A stretch of DNA of 64,000 nt, taken from sequence record NC_049849.1; one strand, written 5' to 3'. This document shows positions 26,843-36,141 of this stretch, piece after piece. Position 1 is the stretch's first letter; every line of letters starts with the position of its first letter. The translations under genes were made by a program, and so were the position numbers. The notes under the pieces were generated by a model that saw only the letters and a program-made list of their open reading frames with translations, was not told where the DNA came from and searched no databases.

Positions 26843-29195
26843 TTGCGGACTCCAATGTTGATACTCTAGTTTCCAGAGCAGCGATGGCTTCGCTAAGTGT
26901 TGTAATCAGTTGGGCTTGCGAGTCGATCAGGTCTTGTTGCGCTCCGCATTTCATATTCAGTGCTTGGATGGCACCGACCATTCGGGCGATAGCTCCGGTC
27001 TTATCCAACTGCTGAAAGCCTTCACCATCTGGCTCGCCTTGCACATAGTCCGGCAATTCCTTTTGATACTCATCGGCGATGAAACCCTCGCCAATGGTGC
27101 CAGTCGTGCGCCATATCCAGTTGCATGGAATCAAGTGCATGATGGACTCGAGCGCCTGCATAGGATCAATCGGCGTAATGTCTCGCTTCAGCCTACGATC
27201 GCTCGAAGTGTTGAAGGTCGTGGCCGTAGCAGAAGTGCCAATGGAGCCGACGGTTGCACCTGCTGCGTTCTGCATCAAGATCGCAGTGGTGTTATCTTGA
27301 GCCGGTCGATACTGCGTGCCGAACATATTGTTGCTGCCAGTGTAGTTCACTACCGTACGCGAATTCACTGATGGCGCAACATAGTTACCGAACATCCAAG
27401 TATTAGTGCTCTGAAAGATTGCACCTGCTTGACCTGTAGCGGAAGTAAAGACCAAGTTTCCTTTGGCCGCGGTGCCCTGTGCTGAGAAGTTCAGCTGTGC
27501 ATCGCCGCCCGGTGTTTGCACCAGAGATACATAAGCGTTGTTCACGCTATCGGCATGGCGAGCAATGAAGCCTGCCACTTCGCCGCTTGTCCCGGGTACG
27601 GCGTTCACATAAGTGGGCCCTGCGTTAGTCTGGAAAACCAAACCCGAGGCAGTCCAAGCACCTCCAGAAGAAGGAGTCTTGATCCTACCACCCGCAGACA
27701 GATTGAGAATACCTGCCGAATACAAAGACTGGACGGCAGCGTTCAGCGTCGCATAATCCGACGCTAGCTGTGCTGCATCCGCACTGCCAGGATTAACTAC
27801 TGCACCGAAGGCCTTGATGACCCACACACCGTTGGAGTTAGTGGGATATGTCGTCGTAGCAGTACGCGCCGACAAAGCCGAATCAAATGTAATCGTGGCG
27901 TTATCCAGACCGCCTGTACCAGTTTGTGCTGGCGTAGATCCGTACGCCGTGGCTCGCAATGCTCCAGTGCCAGCAACGTTGCCAGCTCGGAAAAACGAAG
28001 CGATGGAACCTGTGATTTGTTGCATCGCATCTTGTTGGATTGTGCCGTTCAGAGTCGATGCGTTCGCGCCGTCACCGGACAGGAAGGTACGGCCTAGAGC
28101 CCCAGCAGACTTACCGTTATAGTCTGGAAGACGAATGGTGGTAGTGCCATTACCTGGGGTGTAGCTTGCACGCTGCGTAACGTCAGCCGACCAAGCAGCT
28201 TCAGTAGCAACCGGAACCTTGGCGCCTGTGACCATCAGCGTTAGGTCAGGATATGTGGCTCGAGTCACCGTCTGACCATCAGCAGGCAGATAGCCAGCCG
28301 GTACAGACGAGCGTTGCGGCCACCACAGCACTGCACCTAGTGGTACAGCGTCCTGTTGGACCAAGGCATACGCCGAGCCATTCCAGCGATAGACGCCTTG
28401 ACCGTCAACGTAGATATCACCCATGTCAGAGCTGGGCAGACCAGTCGGTGCGCTCCAATCGCTAGTGGACTTCCACGGCTGCCAAGCATTGGTCGAAGTG
28501 TTACCAAAGCGCGTGAACGTCCGAGACTTCTGACCAGTGACGATGAACGTCAGCTCTTGCGTGACCTGAGTGGCGGCTGCATAGTAGACACGCATGTAAC
28601 CCGCTGCAGGCCATGCAGTAGTGAAGGTCGGGAAGTTCGCACCGACGGCTGCACTGGCAGTCCACGTATAGAACGTGTTATCGGCGATCATGGTATTGGC
28701 ATCAGTCGCGGCGGTCAGGAACGTATGAGTCATTGCCTGGTCAACTCGTGCGAGCTCAAACCAGGAGCCCCAAGCCAGACCGCTGCCAAAACGAATACGG
28801 ACAAAGGTACGAGGATTCGTTGTCGGATTCGTAGTGTAAGTTTGAGTGCATTGCACGTTACCGGAGACTGCGGTCTCGACAGTAAGCAAGCCAGCGAACA
28901 GAACTGGGTAGTTCAGCTCTGCAGTAGCTCCGGCATTCGAGTTCATGTAATACGAACCCGGCGTCGTAATGTCGTTCAGATTCTGCGTAGTGAGCGCGGT
29001 GGCTTCACGATTGGTGACTTGTGACCAGGGGTGCGTGTGAGCACGAGGTGCGGGCTCAACGATAGTGCCCGAGTTGTTTTTGAAATACAGTCTTTCATCT
29101 GCCGTATTCACGGCCAGCTTGCCCTCTGGCATATTTACCGCGGTGGGCTTCGCGCTTGCGGTTGCTGATCTATACAGCAGATACTTGGTAGCCAT
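26835..29195 (-). CDS. Tail fibre with knob repeats, collar domain and C-terminal S74 intramolecular chaperone, 786 aa (start MATKYL)
   Basis: VPLGAVLWWP..VPAGYLPADGQ collar; SDRRLKRDI...GFIADE S74 motif plus terminal coiled coil. Confidence 0.85.
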   Translation of the reverse strand: MATKYLLYRSATASAKPTAVNMPEGKLAVNTADERLYFKNNSGTIVEPAPRAHTHPWSQVTNREATALTTQNLNDITTPGSYYMNSNAGATAELNYPVLFAGLLTVETAVSGNVQCTQTYTTNPTTNPRTFVRIRFGSGLAWGSWFELARVDQAMTHTFLTAATDANTMIADNTFYTWTASAAVGANFPTFTTAWPAAGYMRVYYAAATQVTQELTFIVTGQKSRTFTRFGNTSTNAWQPWKSTSDWSAPTGLPSSDMGDIYVDGQGVYRWNGSAYALVQQDAVPLGAVLWWPQRSSVPAGYLPADGQTVTRATYPDLTLMVTGAKVPVATEAAWSADVTQRASYTPGNGTTTIRLPDYNGKSAGALGRTFLSGDGANASTLNGTIQQDAMQQITGSIASFFRAGNVAGTGALRATAYGSTPAQTGTGGLDNATITFDSALSARTATTTYPTNSNGVWVIKAFGAVVNPGSADAAQLASDYATLNAAVQSLYSAGILNLSAGGRIKTPSSGGAWTASGLVFQTNAGPTYVNAVPGTSGEVAGFIARHADSVNNAYVSLVQTPGGDAQLNFSAQGTAAKGNLVFTSATGQAGAIFQSTNTWMFGNYVAPSVNSRTVVNYTGSNNMFGTQYRPAQDNTTAILMQNAAGATVGSIGTSATATTFNTSSDRRLKRDITPIDPMQALESIMHLIPCNWIWRTTGTIGEGFIADEYQKELPDYVQGEPDGEGFQQLDKTGAIARMVGAIQALNMKCGAQQDLIDSQAQLITTLSEAIAALETRVSTLESANG

Positions 29196-29208
29196 AGATG
29201 CCTCAATG

Positions 29209-29236
29209 AAAAACGGGCCTGCAACTAGCAAGCCCG
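29209..29236 (-). terminator. Intrinsic terminator
   Basis: Minus strand CGGGC-T-TGC-TAGTT-GCA-G-GCCCG-TTTTT, just after the stop at 29248. Confidence 0.7.
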
Positions 29237-29247
29237 CCGGAGTCGAT

Positions 29248-30468
29248 TTAATACGTGCCTTCGTCCAACAGCGGAAGGTCTTCGACAGCGATAGCACGGA
29301 AAGTCGGAGCTGCACTTGCACCCGAGACAGGACCGGCAAAAATCAAGTTCGGAGCCTTCACCGGCAACGACACTGCCAACGTACCCGAGGTAGTGATGGG
29401 CGAACCCGTGACCGTCAACAGTTCCGAAGGCACAGACATAGCAACCGAAGTCACAGTGCCAGAACCAATCGAAGACTTCGCAACCCACGTACCAACGCCA
29501 GAGCTGTTCGTGGTCAACACCAAGTCGTTGCCTGCGTTGGCGCCGAGGATCGAAGGAGCGATAGTGCCCGATGCAATCTTGCCACCAGACAGAGCCGGGA
29601 TATCGTCTTCAACCAGAGACCGGAAGCTCGGCTCAGCTGCAGCGCCCGTGGTCGGACCAGCAAAGACAATGTTGGCCGCACGGTTGGGCAACGTGAATGC
29701 CAAGGTGCCGGCTTCGGTGATCGGAGAACCGCCGACTGCGAACAGATTGGCCGGGGCCGTAGCAGCAACGGAAGTGACAGTGCCACCACCGAGGGAGCCT
29801 TGCGTAACCCAAGTGGGAACGCCCGTACCGTTGGTGGTCAACACCATGTCGTTGCCAGGCGTAGCACCCAAGCGTGCAGCAACAAACGTGCCGGATGCGA
29901 TATCACCAGCGGCCAGGACCACGACTCCAGTCTTGCCTGCAACGCTCACGACCTCATCGGTGTTGTCGATCTTCTGCCAAGCCGTGCCGTTCGAGATTGC
30001 CCAGTCGCCATTGTTGAACGAGATACCCGAGTACGTACCAGGGCCTTGAACGATGTAGTACCAGCCACGGTTCGCTTCGGCAGGCGCATCCAGAGTCGGG
30101 GTATCCGTACCGGCGTTCCATTCGCCTTTGTACTGAATGGTGCCGATGATGGACTCGGGCATGAACTGGTCAAGAATCTTGCCGTTCACATCCAAGTAAG
30201 GCACACCGTTGGCGCCAATGTTGGCCGGTGCAAGAGTCAGAGCTCCAGCCGCATCGGGGGTAATGCTGTTGACGCTGACAACAGAAGAAGCGGCACGAGT
30301 AACTGCTTCTTCACTGGCAACGGTAACGACTTCACCGAGGTTATCCAGAATGAACAGTTTCTTGTCCGCGTAGTTCATTGCGATCTGGCCGAGCACGATC
30401 TGCGAACCGGTAGGTTCGACACCCGCTGAGCCTGATCTGATGTGACGTAGTTGAATAGCAGATGCCAT
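29248..30468 (-). CDS. Fibre/adaptor virion protein with duplicated internal module, 406 aa
   Basis: N-terminal RS..AG..P....GQIAMNYADKKLF anchor; GTVTSVA...GSPIT..GTLA occurs twice; ends LDEGTY. Confidence 0.7.
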   Translation of the reverse strand: MASAIQLRHIRSGSAGVEPTGSQIVLGQIAMNYADKKLFILDNLGEVVTVASEEAVTRAASSVVSVNSITPDAAGALTLAPANIGANGVPYLDVNGKILDQFMPESIIGTIQYKGEWNAGTDTPTLDAPAEANRGWYYIVQGPGTYSGISFNNGDWAISNGTAWQKIDNTDEVVSVAGKTGVVVLAAGDIASGTFVAARLGATPGNDMVLTTNGTGVPTWVTQGSLGGGTVTSVAATAPANLFAVGGSPITEAGTLAFTLPNRAANIVFAGPTTGAAAEPSFRSLVEDDIPALSGGKIASGTIAPSILGANAGNDLVLTTNSSGVGTWVAKSSIGSGTVTSVAMSVPSELLTVTGSPITTSGTLAVSLPVKAPNLIFAGPVSGASAAPTFRAIAVEDLPLLDEGTY

Positions 30469-30533
30469 TTAAGCACTCCTAAGAAAGCCTCTAGTGAGGC
30501 GTTGATGCCCGGTAATAGGCATTTGGTTACTCC

Positions 30534-30542
30534 TATGAAATT
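30534..30542 (-). promoter_or_regulatory. Candidate late-promoter motif AATTTCATA
   Basis: Lies in the divergent intergenic region upstream of the minus-strand fibre operon; a second copy is at 30599-30607. Confidence 0.35.
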
Positions 30543-30578
30543 AGACTTGGATGGCGGTCACGCGACAATTTCATTGCA

Positions 30579-31190
30579 TTGATGTATAAGCAGACGGCTA
30601 TGAAATTCCCAAAATTAAAAAGACGAGGGACTGCCATTCTTTCCTTAGACCCAGGCAGTTCTAACATGGGCATCGCAGTATCCGAGTTCGCGAATGGTAA
30701 GCTCTACCACCTTTGCAACTCTGTGATGGAGTCGCCGATTAAGGAACTGAAAGGCGACATTCAATCTAGCCGTGCAAAGTTCATGGCCGAGATTGACCAA
30801 TGGGTTACGCACTTCGACTGCAAGGCAATCATCGCTGAGCGCTTCCAGACTCGTGGCTTGATGGGCAAAACGATTGAGTCGGTTTCGTTGATGCTCGGGT
30901 GTTTGCTGCAAGGCTACCCGCATTTGAAGGTCAAGCTCATTCCTGCATCGCAATGGAAAAACGATTTCACACGTACAGTTGGTGCCGGCGACAAAGAGTT
31001 GCTGAAGCAGCTGTACAAGATCGTGGGCACGGAGCCTCACCAGCTGGATGCAATGCTCATCGGTTGGTATGGATTGCAGTTGGCGTTCAAGACGCCGGTT
31101 CAGTATTCGTTAGAGTATCTGATTGACTGCGCCAACGATGGCTCGCTGATCGATCTGCACAAAAGAAAGATGACGTTAGGAGATTTGTAA
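30579..31190 (+). CDS. RuvC-like Holliday-junction resolvase, 203 aa
   Basis: ILSLDPGSSNMG, IIAERF, ASQWK and HQLDAMLIG acidic motifs. Confidence 0.8.
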   Translation: MMYKQTAMKFPKLKRRGTAILSLDPGSSNMGIAVSEFANGKLYHLCNSVMESPIKELKGDIQSSRAKFMAEIDQWVTHFDCKAIIAERFQTRGLMGKTIESVSLMLGCLLQGYPHLKVKLIPASQWKNDFTRTVGAGDKELLKQLYKIVGTEPHQLDAMLIGWYGLQLAFKTPVQYSLEYLIDCANDGSLIDLHKRKMTLGDL

Positions 31191-31498
31191 TGAGTAACGC
31201 AAGAATGCCGAGTGCCTGGGGCACGAGTGAAGAGTGTTCGACTGAGACGCTGAAACCCATCAAGCTATCTGCTGGTAAGCGCCAATCGGCTGTGCCTTCG
31301 GCGTGGTTGACTGCAGGATCGAAGGAAAAGCAAAGGGTGACCGCAGCTGGTACGCGATTGATTACCGATATGTCTGCCGATGTTGCAGGCTCTGGCCTGT
31401 GCCCGGTGACCAAACAGCCGATGGTTCGCATGTTTGCTAACGGCCACCCGTGCTTGGTGTCAATGGACGCTATGGTGTGCCTGCCTACTAAGGACTGA
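31190..31498 (+). CDS. Hypothetical protein, 102 aa
   Basis: AGGAG RBS; TAATG coupling. Confidence 0.65.
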   Translation: MSNARMPSAWGTSEECSTETLKPIKLSAGKRQSAVPSAWLTAGSKEKQRVTAAGTRLITDMSADVAGSGLCPVTKQPMVRMFANGHPCLVSMDAMVCLPTKD

Positions 31499-31500
31499 CT

Positions 31501-32220
31501 GTGTTAGACTTCGACGACATTCCCGACTTGAAGCCATTCAAGGTTACCCCGGCGAAGAAAAAGAAAGAGCGCGAGAAAGAGAAAGCCAAAGCAGCTAAGG
31601 CCAAAGAGAAAGAACGAAAGCAAACGAAAGAAGCGAAGAAGAAAGCGAAAGGGGTGATCGGTAGCAAGGAGGCAAAGAAAGAATACGTGCTTGCCTTGGC
31701 TAACGAGAAACCGAAGAAGCGAGTGACGCGTTTGAAAGGCTCGGCCTTGCAAACCATCATCGGCGAACAGGTCGAAGACATTCACCAGCTCTTGCAATCG
31801 GGTGATTCCGATTCCGCAAAGACTCGAATGTACAAAGCGTTGCTGCAGTCGGTGATTGACGTTCTACCGCACGCTGAGCAGAACATCCGAAAGACCAAAG
31901 GCCAGAAAGGCGTCTATCAGTTCACGTCGATGATTACGACTATCCGTGAACTGCTGATCGACGTTCAAGCATCGCAAGATCGTGGCCGGGTTGGTGAGCT
32001 GATTATCGAAAAGATCATTCAGCCGTCCATGTTCGATTTTGCTAACGCGATGATTAACCATTTTGAAATGGTGAGTTCTGACGCGAAGCTCCGAATGAAG
32101 CGCGATGAGTACGAGCTGTTTAAACAAGAACTGGACAAGACCAAACGCGGTCTTGCTCAGACGTTCCAAGAAATGTTCTACTCGATGCGCGAACAGATCA
32201 AAGAGTTTATGGAGCGCTGA
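31501..32220 (+). CDS. Lys-rich helical protein, possibly a terminase small subunit-like DNA-binding protein, 239 aa
   Basis: GTG start after AAGGA; very basic N-terminus; directly upstream of the portal. Function is a guess from context. Confidence 0.45.
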   Translation: MLDFDDIPDLKPFKVTPAKKKKEREKEKAKAAKAKEKERKQTKEAKKKAKGVIGSKEAKKEYVLALANEKPKKRVTRLKGSALQTIIGEQVEDIHQLLQSGDSDSAKTRMYKALLQSVIDVLPHAEQNIRKTKGQKGVYQFTSMITTIRELLIDVQASQDRGRVGELIIEKIIQPSMFDFANAMINHFEMVSSDAKLRMKRDEYELFKQELDKTKRGLAQTFQEMFYSMREQIKEFMER

Positions 32221-32238
32221 TGCGCGCCGGGGATTTAA

Positions 32239-34098
32239 ATGCTAAAGAATAGAGTGCTCGGTATCAAGGGCCAAGGATTGCAGCTGGCTACACAAGGTCA
32301 GCAGTCGCCGATGGCTACCTTCAAAGCGAACAGCGCCCAGCAAGTAACCGCGGGCCTCGGCCTGTATGAAGGCTCGCAGAAGTTCGGCGGTCAGAACGTT
32401 TCGCTGCAAACGTTGTGGAGTTCTGAATATCAGTACATGCTGACTGGCTTGTTGAATCCAGCCACGCCTGATATCAACGACCACTCTGGCCTGGCGTTGT
32501 TCTTTCGGGATATCTACAAATACGACAACACCTCGGGGTCGGTTGTAGATATCCTTTCTACTTTTCCGTTCTCGGACTTCGAGCTTCGTGGCTTGACTGC
32601 CAAGGAACTGAAGCCGTACGAGGAAGCAGTCACGCGTTTGAACCTGAAGCGCATGATGCCGTTGACGGCTTGGGCGTATCTGACTGATGGTTTCTTCTGC
32701 GGCTCGCTCATTTATGATTCGGTGCAGAAACAATTCCTCGATACCTTTGTGCATGATGCGCTGAACTGCAAGGTCCAGCACGTGCAGTGGTTCAACGGCC
32801 CGCCGGAAATCACGGTCAAGATTTCCAACTATGCACGACGACTGCTCAGCACTGAGGATGCGTACACGCGCCGCTACTTGAACATGATGCCGCAGAAGTT
32901 CATCAACCTGCTTGAGCGCGGCGTGTTCAATCTGGAACCGATGGCTACTCTGTACGTGCCGCGCCGCGTCATGACCGACTCTGCGTATGTCTCGTACCTG
33001 CACCGCATTCTCCCGATGTACTTGATTGAGAAAGCGATGTTCCGTGGTACGTTGACCGAAGCGCACAAGCGTCAACGTTCTATGACTCACCTGACTGCTG
33101 GTGATGACGTATGGACCCCGACGACTGAAGAGCTTGGTCAGTTGGTTTCGCAATTCCAGACTGCTGAGTACGATCCCCTGGGTGGTTGGGTTGCAACTCG
33201 TAATGCTGTGCAGTCGACGGACTTGCGACCGGCTGGTGATTTCTGGAAGTGGACGGACATGGTTGATATCATGGTCCAGTACAAGCTGCGTGCCCTCGGC
33301 GTTTCGGAAGCATTCCTCACGGCTGATGCACAGTACTCGAACCAAGAGCAGGCTATCTCTGCGTTCATGGAATCGCAGCAGGCATTTAGGGATCACTTGA
33401 CCGAACAGATTTTCTACGAGAAGATTTTCCCGCTGGTTGGTGCAGTCAATAAGATGTACAAGGAAGACGCGGGTGGTCGTTTGCTGGAGCGTGATGCTTC
33501 GCAGTTCTTGTTCAACCCGGTTGCTCGTCAGTCGATCAAGATTCCTGAAGTCTATTGGCACAAGCAGTTGACCGCGGACGAGGAAGAAGGTCAAATGGAA
33601 CTGCTGTCGACTCTTGATGAGCGCGGCGTTCCTATCCCGTTGAAGATGTGGATTACGGCTGCAAGGCTTGATCCCGATACTCTGGTGCGTGAGCTCGAAG
33701 ACGATACGGCGTTTAGAAAAGCGTTGGAAAAGTACACGGGCAAAGACACCAGCCACGACATGGGCGATGACTTTGATGACGGCGGCGACTTCGGTGGTGA
33801 GGATTCGATTGAGGCCCACATCTACTCGGTCAATAAAGGCCGTGGTCAGCGCAAGCCTCTGCTGGCACGTGAGTGGGGCGGTGACAAGTTGATTCACGGC
33901 TACACTCGTACTGGCAAGAAGAAGCACATCATCAACCAACGTGCTGCCAAGCAAGAACTGAATCACAAGATGGTCAAGGCTCAAACGAAACTGAAGGACC
34001 CGAATCATCGGGAAGCCATGAAGAAAAAGAATCAAGCACAGTTCGGCTTCTCCAAGATGCCGGTCGGTGTTCCTGCATCTGTAAAGGGGAAACTCTGA
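32239..34098 (+). CDS. Portal protein (T4 gp20-like), 619 aa
   Basis: Size and motifs SYLHRILPMYLIE...RSMTHLTAG and KLRALGVSEAFL...Y fit the portal clip/stem pattern; basic C-terminal tail. Confidence 0.7.
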   Translation: MLKNRVLGIKGQGLQLATQGQQSPMATFKANSAQQVTAGLGLYEGSQKFGGQNVSLQTLWSSEYQYMLTGLLNPATPDINDHSGLALFFRDIYKYDNTSGSVVDILSTFPFSDFELRGLTAKELKPYEEAVTRLNLKRMMPLTAWAYLTDGFFCGSLIYDSVQKQFLDTFVHDALNCKVQHVQWFNGPPEITVKISNYARRLLSTEDAYTRRYLNMMPQKFINLLERGVFNLEPMATLYVPRRVMTDSAYVSYLHRILPMYLIEKAMFRGTLTEAHKRQRSMTHLTAGDDVWTPTTEELGQLVSQFQTAEYDPLGGWVATRNAVQSTDLRPAGDFWKWTDMVDIMVQYKLRALGVSEAFLTADAQYSNQEQAISAFMESQQAFRDHLTEQIFYEKIFPLVGAVNKMYKEDAGGRLLERDASQFLFNPVARQSIKIPEVYWHKQLTADEEEGQMELLSTLDERGVPIPLKMWITAARLDPDTLVRELEDDTAFRKALEKYTGKDTSHDMGDDFDDGGDFGGEDSIEAHIYSVNKGRGQRKPLLAREWGGDKLIHGYTRTGKKKHIINQRAAKQELNHKMVKAQTKLKDPNHREAMKKKNQAQFGFSKMPVGVPASVKGKL

Positions 34099-34099
34099 T

Positions 34100-34387
34100 A
34101 TGTACAGCTTCTGCGTTCAATCCGTTCAGCGCTTACACGCGCAAGTTCAAGTACAAGCTCGCATCAAGGACGAAGACGAGTACGACTGGTTCCGCTATAC
34201 GGGCCCGGCTACTGAGTTGGACTTCCGTGGCAAGCCTGAAGCATTGAGCAAGGGTGCCGTGTTTGGTGTGCGCCCATCGTCCAATGGCAAACACATTCGA
34301 CTGGTCTTCAAGGACAAGCCGACTCGAGTGTTCACGCTGCCGATGGATCAAGCTCAACGAATCGCCAAGCACGTGAAAGCTGCTTGA
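34100..34387 (+). CDS. Small protein with a leader-like motif (VQSVQRLHA), 95 aa
   Basis: Begins 1 nt after the portal stop. Confidence 0.65.
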   Translation: MYSFCVQSVQRLHAQVQVQARIKDEDEYDWFRYTGPATELDFRGKPEALSKGAVFGVRPSSNGKHIRLVFKDKPTRVFTLPMDQAQRIAKHVKAA

Positions 34388-34399
34388 TCGGAGACCATC

Positions 34400-34864
34400 A
34401 TGGCCAAGCCTAAGATTTACAACATAGGTGTAGCCTGGGATGAGTACACGTCGGGAGTAGAAGGCAATCTCGCTCGCGACTTGATAGCGTTAAAGACTGC
34501 GGCTGAGAAATGGCCCGGCACTACGCTACAGGTCGTGAGTGAAAGCGATGAGGCTGACCGAATGCTTCGTGCACTTGGTCTTCAGCGCTCATCTATTGTC
34601 ACGCTACCCGGTACGTGGATTCTGTACCAGGCTGGTGAACAGCGAGTCAATCTGCCTGAAGGCGTTGAGTACTCAGTCAAGAAAGTCGAGCGTTGCTTGT
34701 TCCAGAAGTCGAAGAAAGCTAGACTGGAAGATTGCGATGACCAAGGCTTTGCGTTGAAGGAACAGGGTAGAGACAATACGTTCGACCCCTTTAATAGGAT
34801 GCCTTCGACAAGTACCGACTGGCATATGACTGATCCTCTGATCACTCTCATTTGGTCCAGGTAA
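34400..34864 (+). CDS. Hypothetical protein, 154 aa
   Basis: GGAG RBS; tiles in the operon. Confidence 0.65.
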   Translation: MAKPKIYNIGVAWDEYTSGVEGNLARDLIALKTAAEKWPGTTLQVVSESDEADRMLRALGLQRSSIVTLPGTWILYQAGEQRVNLPEGVEYSVKKVERCLFQKSKKARLEDCDDQGFALKEQGRDNTFDPFNRMPSTSTDWHMTDPLITLIWSR

Positions 34865-34868
34865 GATC

Positions 34869-34877
34869 AATTTAATA
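34869..34877 (+). promoter_or_regulatory. Candidate late-promoter motif AATTTAATA
   Basis: At the start of the ~200 nt intergenic gap preceding the baseplate operon. Confidence 0.4.
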
Positions 34878-35073
34878 CTGTCACCATGTACATAGGTTTG
34901 TTGGGAAGGGAAGGGTACTATGTAGATGTTAGGGGTAGCAAGTGCGAATCGTGACTAGCGGTGGGCTACCTGTTTTTTCTTTACCGTTGGGACTTGGCAG
35001 TCTCTCCAGGAGTATTCAGCCGTTCTATTAGCCAGTGCTCCGCAGAGCAACAAGTCCGTACCAGGACTCTCTC

Positions 35074-36132
35074 ATGGCATCAAATATTCGAGACGTATTC
35101 AAATCAGTACAGAGGCAAGCCAACGCAGACATAGCCGGTGCCAAGCAACAAGTGGTCAACGGTGTGCGTGGTCAAATCAATAACATCAAGAACTCAGCCA
35201 ACGCTGCAGTACGAGGTGCCGTGAATGGAGCAGTGCAAGCTGGCGTCAAGGGAATCCTTGGTGCTACTTCGCAAGCCTTGCAGGGCAATCTCTCTGGCGC
35301 AGTCGAAGGCTTGGTCAATCTCCCGAACTCTATTGGCAATGGCATCGCTGGAGCTGTCGGTCGGAACCTCAGTGGTCCTGGCGGCTTCGCTGGATTGTTC
35401 AATGGTGGATGGAACTCTGGTGGCTCGCAGGTCATGTACCCAGTCGGCAGAGAAGGATCGAACGCGCTGTATGGCATCATGCAACGCGCAGACCCTATGC
35501 AGTCGACTGGCTGGTATGCAATGCTACCGGTTGTCACGTCAGCATACGGCACATCGTCGTTGCCGTGGTACTACGTTGAAGAAACGAACGTGCCGCAGCG
35601 TCAGATTGAAACCCATTCGATCTTTCGTGAGGGTCGTGAGCAACACTTCCCCGATAAGTACTCGGTCGACTCGTTGCGCATGGGCATGTATATGGATGCC
35701 GGCAACGTGACGCTGAACTATCTACGCAGTTGGCAAGCCGCTGTGATTCAACCTACCTCGAGTAGCAATGCTGTGACTCAGGGTGGTGGCTACTTGCTAG
35801 CTCGTAATTTCAAGAAACCGATTTTCATCTTCTTGGTTGATGTGACCAAGAAGGCAGTTGTGGTGTACGAGTACATTGAGTGCTGGCCGACGAACCTGGA
35901 TCAACTCCAGCTTGAGTCTGCCAGTAATACCCGACTGATCCAACAGGTGACGTTCTCTGTTGGTGACGTGTTCATGAACACTCTTGGTGTCAGTGAACAA
36001 ATTCTGAGTGGCATTACATCGGGCGTACGTTCTACGGTTGGCACCAACCTGATGAACCTAGCGTCTTCTGTGTCGAGTAGGGCAATCTCGGGTGCGACCT
36101 CTGCCCTTGGTCGCATGACCTCTTTTACATAA
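35074..36132 (+). CDS. Tail-tube-fold baseplate protein (T4 gp54/gp19-like), 352 aa (start MASNIR)
   Basis: YVEETNVPQ...YSVDSLRMGMY...YEYIECWPTNL...QVTFSVGD matches the tube-family pattern. Confidence 0.65.
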   Translation: MASNIRDVFKSVQRQANADIAGAKQQVVNGVRGQINNIKNSANAAVRGAVNGAVQAGVKGILGATSQALQGNLSGAVEGLVNLPNSIGNGIAGAVGRNLSGPGGFAGLFNGGWNSGGSQVMYPVGREGSNALYGIMQRADPMQSTGWYAMLPVVTSAYGTSSLPWYYVEETNVPQRQIETHSIFREGREQHFPDKYSVDSLRMGMYMDAGNVTLNYLRSWQAAVIQPTSSSNAVTQGGGYLLARNFKKPIFIFLVDVTKKAVVVYEYIECWPTNLDQLQLESASNTRLIQQVTFSVGDVFMNTLGVSEQILSGITSGVRSTVGTNLMNLASSVSSRAISGATSALGRMTSFT

Positions 36133-36141
36133 TTAGAGAAA

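Noticed and set aside
25316-30468. Diversity-generating retroelement suggested by the Mtd-like fibre anchors
   Set aside because: No reverse transcriptase and no TR/VR pair differing at adenines was seen in this window.
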